From: Limisphaerales bacterium | Lineage (GTDB): Bacteria > Verrucomicrobiota > Verrucomicrobiia > Limisphaerales > JAJOIW01 | Direction: 5' to 3' | Assembly (NCBI GenBank): GCA_965657355.1 | Contig: CBFHOE010000003.1 | Coordinates: 185,558 to 199,262, forward strand | Length of the DNA stretch: 13,705 nucleotides | In this document: positions 1 through 8,355 of the stretch, piece after piece | How positions within the stretch are numbered: the first letter of the stretch is position 1 | Layout: each line of letters starts with the position of its first letter | Notes under the pieces: model-generated | The model's input: only the letters and a program-made list of their open reading frames with translations | The model's database searches: none | What the model was told of the DNA's origin: nothing | Position numbers and translations under genes: made by a program

Positions 1-2
1 TT

Positions 3-3000
3 GAAAATGCTCTCAAAGAATTTGAAAAATTAGTTTTAATTTTTCCAAAGAGAGAATCTGGGTGGACGTATTTGGCTCAGTGCGCCTTATCCTTGGGAAA
101 TGAACCACTTTTGGAAAAGAGCCTGGAGAGCGCTCTAAATATAAATCCAAAGAGTATTGATGGTAATCACCTACTGGCAATTCTACATTTTCAGAATGAA
201 AATTATTTGGAGGCCGCAAAAATATACCACTCTCTTATCAGTTTGCGTCCAGTTAACGAAGAGTATTACGTTGGCTTGAAAGATTGTTTCACAAAACTGG
301 GTGAAACTGATACTGCCCATCAGGTTGAGCAAAGACTCACCGACTTACAAAATTCGAAAATTGGGGCGAGCGACGAGGACTGTTCTTTGGGTTCGATCGA
401 AAAAATTGAAATTCAGCCTGACAATTCTTCGGAACCATGTGATCAGAATCGACCTAAAGTTTCGGTTATTGTCAGTACTTATAACAATGCCGATTTTATT
501 GAAGGTTGTTTAGATGATTTGGTTGAGCAAACTATTTTTGATAAAATTGAAATATTAGTCATAGATAGCGGTTCTGAACAAAACGAAGGTGAATTAGTTG
601 CCCCGTATTGTGAAAAATATAGCAATATTACCTATCTCAGGACCGAAAGAGAACCTCTGTATGATGCTTGGAATAGAGGGGTCAAATTGGCAAAGGGTGA
701 ATATATAACTAATGCCAATACGGATGATGCACACCGATCTGATGCATTAGAAATTCTCTCTTCAGCCTTGGATAAAGATCTGGACGCAGAATTGGCATAC
801 GGAGATTTGTATTGGACAGATAAAGCTAATGATACATTCGAAAACCCGTCAATACTCAGAGAAGTAAAATACCCGGATTATTGTCCAGCAGATGCGATGA
901 TCTACTGCCCAATGGGTTGTCATCCTATGTGGAGAAAATCGGTTTTCGAAAAGATTGGGCTATTCAATTCTGAATTTAGAATTATTGGTGATTATGAATA
1001 TTTTTTAAGATTTGTAGAGGCTGGATTAAAAGCCATTCATGTGCCTGAAACTATTAGCCTCTTTTATCAGAATGATCTCGGCCTTAGTAAAAATAAAAAT
1101 GGGCATGACGCAGAGGTTGGCACTTTACTCAATCGGTTCCGGAGTCGTATTGAAATAGAGAAAATTGTAAGAATATCTGATCCGATCCCAAATAAAATTG
1201 CCGAAGCTTGGGCGGGTTTAGGAACGAAAATATGCCTAGGTGTTAAAATTCCTTGGAAGGAAACTCCTAATAAAGATTGGGATTATGCAATATTTTGTCT
1301 GAGCAAAGCACTTTCAATAAATTCTGAGTTATGGGCCGCGAGAATTAATCTCTGCCTTGCTGCTTCACAAAGCCGGAAAGACGATCTATTAAACAAACAC
1401 TTTGATAAAATACCCGGCTCGAGGAAAGAGGCTGTCCGTGCTGGAATAAAAGCGAAATCTTTACTATGGGAAGGATTTGCATGCCCCTCTCCAATGGCGC
1501 ATGGTGGAAATGTTTCTGTCGTAGAAGAAGAAACTAAGACCAATTCTTCGCCAGTCGCAAACGATGGTAGGATTATTGAAGAGGTCCCAAAGATAGATAT
1601 GCCAATTCGGTGGATTGGTCCTACCTTCAATGAGAGTGGTTTTGCCAGTGAATTACATACTTTTATTTTCTCTTTATACGAGCAGGGGATCAAGCCATCT
1701 ATAAAGAACATTGGGCTAAAGGTCTCACAGAAATTCTTGGATGGATTATCCGACAGGAATCGTGAGCATCTCTTCGAAATGCGAGATTCCTACATAAACA
1801 AGCACGGAGGTCTTATAGTCCAGACTGGAGATTCAAATTTGCAGCCTTTGGTAGGCGCTGAGCATTTAGTGGGGCGGGTCATGTTTGAAACTGATAGGTT
1901 GCCGGAAAGATGGATGCTTCTCTGCAACAAAATGGATGAGTTATGGGTGTCAGGTTTGCCTCAGAAACAAGCCTACCTCAATAGTGGGGTTCCCGAGCAC
2001 AAAATTCACATCCTCCATAGTCCTGTGGATGAAACATTATTTAATCCAAATGAATGCCAAAAGCTAGATCTTGGAACCGGACGAACTTTTAACTTTTTTG
2101 CAATTTTCGAGTGGATTTATCGAAAAGGTGGGGATGTATTATTCGAAAGTTATTTTCGTGAATTCACCGCCTCGGATGACGTCTGTTTAATATTACGGAC
2201 CTACCTGCCAGGTGTTAGTGCAAAAAGCGCAAAAATAAAAATTCAAGCCGAAATAGAAAAGATTGCGCGTAAAGTTGGCAAGAGTGCAAAAGATCTCCCA
2301 AAAATTAAGGTTTTGGACTCAGTCATTCCGAGTACATTGCTTCCTTCATTCTATCACAGTGTGGATTGTGTGTTGAGCCCTTCAAGGGGTGAAGGCTGGG
2401 GGCGACCCCAGTTTGAAGCCATGTTGATGGGGAAACCGGTCGTCGCCACAGGGTGGGGCGGGAATATGGAATTTATGACCCCGGAAACTAATTACCTCAT
2501 TGATTATGAGATGAGGCCTGTGAGCGGCATTGAACCTATTTACTGGGATTATAAGGGGAGTAATTGGGCGGAGCCAAATCATGAGCACCTGAGCCAAATC
2601 ATGCGCCGCGCTTTTCAGTCAAGAGATGAGGCAATAGCTATTGGTAGCAAGGCGAGGCAACACATTCTCAATAATTTTGGAAGAAAGAAAATTCTTTCAC
2701 AACTCGTGACTCACCTCGATCGTATTCAGGACAAAATTAAAAATGGTGGCCAGAGCTTTCCGATTCTTGACAATCCTATAGTATCACAAAGTGTTGATAC
2801 GCCAGAAATTCATGGCAGGAAAAAAGTTCATGTTGTTCTTGAAGGAACATTTTTAGATTATGGCAGTCTTTCCAAAGTCAATAGGGAGATTGGAAAATCA
2901 TTAGTTTCATCTGGTAACATCAAGGTTTCAAAAGTCCAGATAAGACAGGAAAAAGGGGTCGAACATAAAGAATTTGGTAATCTCAGAAAGGATTTAAAAC

Positions 3001-3830
3001 CACGTGTCCCAAGTCAATTCGATTTCCATCTCAGACATCATTGGCCGCCTAACTGGCGAGATTCTAAAAATGGTAAAGTCATTGTTATTCAGCCTTGGGA
3101 GTTTGGGCGAATACCTCAGGCCTGGGTGGACGCCGCCAATCAGGATAATATAGAGGAAATTTGGTGTTACTCACGAGCTGTGAGGAATGCCTACATCGAT
3201 TCTGGGGTTCTGCCCGGAAAACTACGAATAATGCCTTTGGGGTTTGATCCGAAAATATATAATTCTGATGGCGAAACTTATGAGTTGAAAACCAACAAAA
3301 AAATTAAATTTTTATTTGTAGGTGGAACTATACACAGGAAGGGACCTGATATTCTTCTCGAAGCATTTTGCGATGCCTTTAGTGAAACGGATGACGTTTG
3401 CTTAGTCATAAAAGATTTTGGTAGCAATGGTGTTTACCAGGGCCAGACGTTCGAAGACGAAATAAAAAATCTAAAAAATAGGCCGGGTGCTCCCGAGATC
3501 GAATACATCAATTGTGAATTGAGTGAATGGGAGCTATCAGGGCTATATGGTGCCTGCGATTGTTTGGTTCATCCCTATCGAGGAGAAGGATTTGGTTTGC
3601 CAGTGCTTGAGGCCATGGCGTGTGGTCTGCCTGTCATCGTAACAGAGGGAGGGGCCACTGATGATTTTGTGTCTGAGGAATTTGGTTGGAAGATTCCATC
3701 CAGAAAGAAGATGATAGGCGGCAAGGTCAGCAAAATTCCATTGGAGGGCGATGGATGGATGCTTGAGCCCGACAAAAATGCTCTTACTAGTATTTTAAGG
3801 TCTATCTTCTTTCCACACCCGAACTTCTGA
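3..3830 (+). CDS. Multidomain glycosyltransferase, N-terminal part (TPR + GT2 + two GT4/GT-B domains); 5'-truncated by the window and probably frameshifted at the 3' end
   Basis: The frame is open from position 3 (ENALKEFEKLVLIFPKRESGWTYLAQ...), so the listed TTG at 72 is probably not the real start. TPR-like helices come first. GT2 signature PKVSVIVSTYN...ILVIDSGS...AWNRGVKLAKGEYITNANTDD. Two GT4 E-x7-E motifs: SRGEGWGRPQFEAM and YRGEGFGLPVLEAM. Confidence 0.9.
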   Translation, partial: ENALKEFEKLVLIFPKRESGWTYLAQCALSLGNEPLLEKSLESALNINPKSIDGNHLLAILHFQNENYLEAAKIYHSLISLRPVNEEYYVGLKDCFTKLGETDTAHQVEQRLTDLQNSKIGASDEDCSLGSIEKIEIQPDNSSEPCDQNRPKVSVIVSTYNNADFIEGCLDDLVEQTIFDKIEILVIDSGSEQNEGELVAPYCEKYSNITYLRTEREPLYDAWNRGVKLAKGEYITNANTDDAHRSDALEILSSALDKDLDAELAYGDLYWTDKANDTFENPSILREVKYPDYCPADAMIYCPMGCHPMWRKSVFEKIGLFNSEFRIIGDYEYFLRFVEAGLKAIHVPETISLFYQNDLGLSKNKNGHDAEVGTLLNRFRSRIEIEKIVRISDPIPNKIAEAWAGLGTKICLGVKIPWKETPNKDWDYAIFCLSKALSINSELWAARINLCLAASQSRKDDLLNKHFDKIPGSRKEAVRAGIKAKSLLWEGFACPSPMAHGGNVSVVEEETKTNSSPVANDGRIIEEVPKIDMPIRWIGPTFNESGFASELHTFIFSLYEQGIKPSIKNIGLKVSQKFLDGLSDRNREHLFEMRDSYINKHGGLIVQTGDSNLQPLVGAEHLVGRVMFETDRLPERWMLLCNKMDELWVSGLPQKQAYLNSGVPEHKIHILHSPVDETLFNPNECQKLDLGTGRTFNFFAIFEWIYRKGGDVLFESYFREFTASDDVCLILRTYLPGVSAKSAKIKIQAEIEKIARKVGKSAKDLPKIKVLDSVIPSTLLPSFYHSVDCVLSPSRGEGWGRPQFEAMLMGKPVVATGWGGNMEFMTPETNYLIDYEMRPVSGIEPIYWDYKGSNWAEPNHEHLSQIMRRAFQSRDEAIAIGSKARQHILNNFGRKKILSQLVTHLDRIQDKIKNGGQSFPILDNPIVSQSVDTPEIHGRKKVHVVLEGTFLDYGSLSKVNREIGKSLVSSGNIKVSKVQIRQEKGVEHKEFGNLRKDLKPRVPSQFDFHLRHHWPPNWRDSKNGKVIVIQPWEFGRIPQAWVDAANQDNIEEIWCYSRAVRNAYIDSGVLPGKLRIMPLGFDPKIYNSDGETYELKTNKKIKFLFVGGTIHRKGPDILLEAFCDAFSETDDVCLVIKDFGSNGVYQGQTFEDEIKNLKNRPGAPEIEYINCELSEWELSGLYGACDCLVHPYRGEGFGLPVLEAMACGLPVIVTEGGATDDFVSEEFGWKIPSRKKMIGGKVSKIPLEGDGWMLEPDKNALTSILRSIFFPHPNF

Positions 3831-3919
3831 TTGAAAAAGGAAGGTCTGCACAAGAATATGCTCATGCAAACCACAGCTGGGATCATACCTCTACCCGAAT
3901 AAAAAATGTATTCATCCAA

Positions 3920-5902
3920 TTGTCAGCCAAAAGAGAATCAAAAAAACTGACAGATAGATCGAAAAAGGAAATATCTTTTGAACCTCCAAGAGTTGTTTTT
4001 GCCGGAAATCTGGAACGAGCATACAAGGCATTTGAAGAAAAAGATTATCAATGTGCTAAGGATGAAGTCCTGTTAGCGATAACGAAACGGCCTTTTCATC
4101 CCGAGGGGTATTCATTGTTGGCTGAGCTTTTCCTTGAAGTTGGGGATATTGTGTCAGCCAAGAGAGTATATGATCAGTTGCGTGCAATGGCACCAAGGTT
4201 TAAGAAAACCAAATCACTATCCAAAAGGTTAAAGTCTCATAATAAGCACATCCCAAAAATTCAGCAGGATAATGCTGATCTTCCGTGCCCTGGAGTGCGC
4301 TTAAGCGTGTGCCTTATAACAAAAAATGAAGAGGAATATCTGCCCAAGTGCTTAGAATCGGTAAAAGATATAGCAGATCAAATTGTAGTTGTTGATACAG
4401 GCTCAACCGATCGCACAATTGACATAGCTAAGGAATACAATGCAATTATCGAAAAATTTGATTGGAATGAAAACTTCAGTGATCCAAGAAATAAAAGTCT
4501 GGAGTTGGCGACTGGTGATTGGATTCTCGTCTTGGATGCAGACGAGGAAGTCGATGAAGAGACAAAACCAGTATTACTACGTAGTCTCAAGGATACTGAG
4601 AATATGGCATACCGTCTTCCGATAATTGATATAGGCAAGGAGGATAATGGGGCAAATTATGTTCCAAGACTATTTAGGAATGCACCAGGTTTATTTTTTG
4701 TTGGGCGCATTCATGAGCAAGTCTTTTCCAGCATTGAGGTGCGTCGGAAAGAATGGGGTCTTAAAAGTGCTTTTGGTGAAGCCAGGCTGTTGCACCACGG
4801 TTATACGGAAAAAATGAACTCAGACCGTGACAAAGTTCAGAGAAATTTAATGCTGTTAGAGAGAGCTCAAGAAGAAATGCCAAATGAGCCTAATATTCTC
4901 ATGAATATCGGAATGGAGTTATATCGAGGAGGTAATCCATCAGTTGGTATGAAATATTATTTTGATGCGCTGCATGCTTCTGAGGTCATTCCAGCAGAAC
5001 AAATATCTCCCGAACTAAGAGAAACTTTACTCACGCAAGTTAGTTCCGTTCTTTTGGCAATGGGGAAAATTCAGGCAATTGTAGATCTCATGAATTCAAG
5101 GCTTGCAAAAATTGGGGAGCTTACATCAAGCCTCTACTTTACGCTCGGTCTGGCACAAATAAACCTCGAGCAGCACAAGGCCGCCATACAATCGCTGTCT
5201 CAATGTATACGCAGAAAAAATAATAAAACCCATTCCGTTATTAATGCACAGGTCAAACAAGGTGGCCCTGAACATTGTTTGGGAATCTGTTATGAAAAGG
5301 TCGGCAAGTTTGATCAAGCTCTAGAACAATTTGGTAAGGCACTCCATTTATCCCCGGGTTCATTGGGTATTCAACAAGATTTTATCTTTGTTGCGAATAA
5401 AAATAATTTACATCTCAAAGCAATCGATATTCTCAATCAAAATATGTGCGAAGGAGATGACTCACTAATATTCTGGCGGCTCGGGAGTCAACTCTGTTCA
5501 GCAAATGCTCAATTGCATTCTTTTGGAGTCGAATGGATTGGTGAAGCTCTGAGATATCATCCTAATGATGGTGAATTAAATCAGGCCCGTTGGCTTTTTC
5601 TCTTAGAGTCTTGTCAATTAGATCAAATCGCACAGGGAAGTGGACCATCTGATAACCACTTAACTTCTGAAATATTTGCAGGAATAGTTTGGGTCAGATT
5701 AGTTCATGGGCAATCTCTACCCAAAGCCCCAGCATCTCTTGAACCAAAAATTTCAGCAAAAATGATTGATTGGTATAAAAAGTGGGTTCATAAGGGTGAC
5801 GAGTCATTAATTCGTGCCATAAACGACAATATCAATTCTATAAAGGCCGAATACCCTAGCGCATTCTCTGTGGTGGAAAGTGTATTGAAGCAAATTGCCT
5901 GA
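3920..5902 (+). CDS. TPR-containing GT2 glycosyltransferase; probably the C-terminal part of the upstream gene (frame open from 3791)
   Basis: RLSVCLITKNEEEYLPKCLESV...VVVDTGSTDRT...FSDPRNKSLELATGDWILVLDADE...RLFRN...GRIHEQ...LLHHGY is a GT2 domain of the TPR-GT2 type, flanked by TPR-like repeats. The start is a TTG with no Shine-Dalgarno, and the same frame upstream encodes a GT4-like C-terminal helix. Confidence 0.85.
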   Translation: MSAKRESKKLTDRSKKEISFEPPRVVFAGNLERAYKAFEEKDYQCAKDEVLLAITKRPFHPEGYSLLAELFLEVGDIVSAKRVYDQLRAMAPRFKKTKSLSKRLKSHNKHIPKIQQDNADLPCPGVRLSVCLITKNEEEYLPKCLESVKDIADQIVVVDTGSTDRTIDIAKEYNAIIEKFDWNENFSDPRNKSLELATGDWILVLDADEEVDEETKPVLLRSLKDTENMAYRLPIIDIGKEDNGANYVPRLFRNAPGLFFVGRIHEQVFSSIEVRRKEWGLKSAFGEARLLHHGYTEKMNSDRDKVQRNLMLLERAQEEMPNEPNILMNIGMELYRGGNPSVGMKYYFDALHASEVIPAEQISPELRETLLTQVSSVLLAMGKIQAIVDLMNSRLAKIGELTSSLYFTLGLAQINLEQHKAAIQSLSQCIRRKNNKTHSVINAQVKQGGPEHCLGICYEKVGKFDQALEQFGKALHLSPGSLGIQQDFIFVANKNNLHLKAIDILNQNMCEGDDSLIFWRLGSQLCSANAQLHSFGVEWIGEALRYHPNDGELNQARWLFLLESCQLDQIAQGSGPSDNHLTSEIFAGIVWVRLVHGQSLPKAPASLEPKISAKMIDWYKKWVHKGDESLIRAINDNINSIKAEYPSAFSVVESVLKQIA

Positions 5903-5977
5903 AACTCAATACATAAATCATAGTTTTCATCATTTTTTTCTTCTCAAGGCTAGTGAGTTAGTAGATGACTAATTCAT

Positions 5978-6385
5978 ATGTCCTCGAGAATACAATATAG
6001 AGTTCCCTATGCTGATACCGATCAAATGGGGGTGGTATATTACGCCAACTATCTTGTCATGTTTGAGCGAGTCCGAAATGAAATACTGAGAGACTGCGGC
6101 TTTTCATATGATCAAATTGAGAAGAGTGGGATTGGACTACCGGTCATTCAAGCTCACGTAGATTACTACAAACCCAGTCATTACGATGATTTACTTAACA
6201 TCACCGGGTGGTTTGAAAAAGTTTCAGGAGCGAGGGCATGGGTTCGGTGTCAAGTTCATCGGAACCAGGATCTTTTAGCAGAGGGCCACACCATACATGT
6301 TTTCTTGGACCTTAATAAAAAAAAGCCTGTAAAACCTGATAAGACTATACTGAACGCTATAAAAATTGGTGGTTCGGAGGACTAA
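5978..6385 (+). CDS. Acyl-CoA thioesterase, YbgC/FadM (4-HBT hotdog) family
   Basis: 135 aa with the family motif RVPYADTDQMGVVYYANYLVMFERVR, plus LPVIQAHVDYYKPSHYDDLL. Confidence 0.9.
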   Translation: MSSRIQYRVPYADTDQMGVVYYANYLVMFERVRNEILRDCGFSYDQIEKSGIGLPVIQAHVDYYKPSHYDDLLNITGWFEKVSGARAWVRCQVHRNQDLLAEGHTIHVFLDLNKKKPVKPDKTILNAIKIGGSED

Positions 6386-6414
6386 TCCATCGATTTTTAA
6401 ATCCGATCGTTGGG

Positions 6415-6954
6415 CTACGCCGTTGGATTGCTTGAATCATCGCGCAATGACCTAAGACTATCTCTGAGCTTCGCAGCTTCTTCGAAATTTTCTATGCGAA
6501 TAGCCTCCTGTAGGTCTTTTTCCAAGGCCTGGATTTGATTTTCTTTCCTGATAGAGGATTCCAAGTGGGCGGGTACTTTTCCTCGATGCGCAGTCCCTCT
6601 GTGCATCTCTGGGAGGATTTTGTTGATATTTTCCTGGAATATTTCGTAGCAATGAGGGCAGCCCAAACGGCCATTTTTATTAAAACTGTCCTCTGTATAT
6701 TTACAAGTAGGACAAACAAGGCCGTCATTTCCTCCAGTTTTTTGAGATTCGATGGGTTCCCCAGCTTGTTCTGACGACCCCTTGCCTTTGATATTGGAGA
6801 ACTTTTCAAGGGATTTAATAAAGACGGGATCCTGGAATTTACTAGCCACTGGGCAGTCTTCGCACACGTCGTACTTCTTCATGCCTGACTCTAAAATTTG
6901 TGTCAGATGAACAGTCTTCTTCTTAGGGCAATCTTTGCAACTCTCAGGAATCAT
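6415..6954 (-). CDS. mcsA: McsA-like protein (CxxC metal-binding motifs + UvrB/UvrC motif), protein-arginine-kinase activator family
   Basis: Four CxxC motifs (CKDC, CEDC, CPTC, GRLGCPHCY), the MHRGTAHRGKVP motif and a C-terminal UVR motif (LQEAIRIENFEEAAKLRD). ATG at 6954 is preferred over the TTG at 6972. Confidence 0.85.
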   Translation of the reverse strand: MIPESCKDCPKKKTVHLTQILESGMKKYDVCEDCPVASKFQDPVFIKSLEKFSNIKGKGSSEQAGEPIESQKTGGNDGLVCPTCKYTEDSFNKNGRLGCPHCYEIFQENINKILPEMHRGTAHRGKVPAHLESSIRKENQIQALEKDLQEAIRIENFEEAAKLRDSLRSLRDDSSNPTA

Positions 6955-7164
6955 TTCGAAATCAAAAATCAATAAATATCCAACTAAACTACAATATGGA
7001 TGGCAGATTCATTCAGAATCAGGCCAATTTGGGTAAACCCATCCCTTCTAAAACAAGGTAATGCCGTTTTTATCATCTATCAAACCCGAACTTTGATCAG
7101 GTGCCGCGAATTTTTAAGGAACTGATTTGGAAAATAGCTCTTTATATGGTCAAATACTCGTCCC

Positions 7165-8355
7165 ATGTCGAAGATTGAACGACAGATTAAAGTAAACTAT
7201 CGACACCAGATTCATTTTACGGAGGATGTTTTTTCTCAAACCAATCCTCTATTAAAGGATCTTATGATTGATGACCTGTTTCCGGCTGGTGCCCGCAAGG
7301 CATTGGTCTTGATAGACGGCGGCGTTCAATCAGTAAAATGTGATTTAGACAAAAAAATAACGGGCTATTTTCATCATTATTCTGAGTCCTTAAAATTGGT
7401 ATGTGCTCCGATTCGTGTAGATGGCGGTGAATTTTGTAAGAATGATTGGGGTCTTATTGAGAACATTCTGGAATCTATAAACACTCATCATATTGATAGG
7501 CATTCCTACATAATCGCTGTTGGAGGAGGAGCCATTTTGGATATGGTTGGTTTGGCTGCTGCAGTTGCCCATCGAGGCGTCAGACACATTAGAATTCCCA
7601 CAACGACTCTTAGCCAGGATGATTCCGGGGTCGGAGTAAAAAATGGTATCAATTTTTTTGGTAAAAAGAATTTCCTCGGAACATTTGCACCACCATTTGC
7701 TGTTGTAAATGATTTCGAATTTATTGAATGCCAGCCCGAAAGAGAGAAGAAAAATGGATTCATTGAGGCAGTTAAGGTTGCGCTTATTCGGGATGGTAAG
7801 TTTTTTGAGGAGATAGAGAAAAGTGCTTCAAAATTGGCATCATTTGATCCGGAATCCATGAAACACCTTATATATAGGTGTGCTGAACTACACGTCAACC
7901 ACATTGCGAGTTCTGGAGATCCCTTTGAATTTGGTTCCGCAAGGCCACTTGACTTTGGTCACTGGGCTGCACATAAGCTTGAACAATTGTCAAATTACAA
8001 GATTAGGCATGGTGAGGCAGTGGCTGTGGGAATTGCCATAGATACGCTTTATTCCAAAAATATAGGTTTGATATCTACTCAGGCCTGCCACCGAATTCTC
8101 AATCTCATCCACGCACTCGGATTTGATCTTTACTCAGAATATTTAATGGAAAGGTCCGAGAACGGAAATGGTGAATTCGAAGTTATCCGGGGATTGGAGG
8201 AATTTCGAGAGCACCTCGGGGGACGACTAACTATTACACTATTAAAAGACATAGGTACTGGTTTCGAAACTAATGAGATGGATGTCGCGGTTATTAAAGA
8301 AGTCTTAAGTGAGCTTCGAAGTCACAGTGAGAGCTTAATGATCTCAAAAGTATGA
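7165..8355 (+). CDS. eboD: 3-dehydroquinate-synthase-like sugar phosphate cyclase, EboD type
   Basis: DHQS NAD/metal motifs GGGAILD, RIPTTTLSQDDSGVGVKNGIN and HGEAVAVG, with EboD-type variants IDRHSY, AHRGVR and GDPFEFGSARPLDFGHWAAHKLE; it overlaps an eboF-type gene. Confidence 0.85.
   Translation: MSKIERQIKVNYRHQIHFTEDVFSQTNPLLKDLMIDDLFPAGARKALVLIDGGVQSVKCDLDKKITGYFHHYSESLKLVCAPIRVDGGEFCKNDWGLIENILESINTHHIDRHSYIIAVGGGAILDMVGLAAAVAHRGVRHIRIPTTTLSQDDSGVGVKNGINFFGKKNFLGTFAPPFAVVNDFEFIECQPEREKKNGFIEAVKVALIRDGKFFEEIEKSASKLASFDPESMKHLIYRCAELHVNHIASSGDPFEFGSARPLDFGHWAAHKLEQLSNYKIRHGEAVAVGIAIDTLYSKNIGLISTQACHRILNLIHALGFDLYSEYLMERSENGNGEFEVIRGLEEFREHLGGRLTITLLKDIGTGFETNEMDVAVIKEVLSELRSHSESLMISKV

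Noticed and set aside
72..74. TTG at 72 as the start of the glycosyltransferase
   Set aside because: The frame is open and TPR-like from position 3, so the gene most likely begins upstream of the window.
3800..3830. Programmed -1 ribosomal frameshift or phase-variable repeat
   Set aside because: No canonical slippery heptamer, long homopolymer/microsatellite or obvious downstream stimulatory structure at the shift site.
6415..6954. UvrB/UvrC excinuclease or cytochrome c call
   Set aside because: Only the short UVR coiled-coil motif is present, and the CxxC motifs are not followed by His; the layout matches McsA.
7165..8355. Housekeeping aroB of the shikimate pathway
   Set aside because: Motif variants (DRHS, AHRG, SARPLDFGHW) and the overlap with an eboF-type gene favour EboD; no aroK or aroC nearby.
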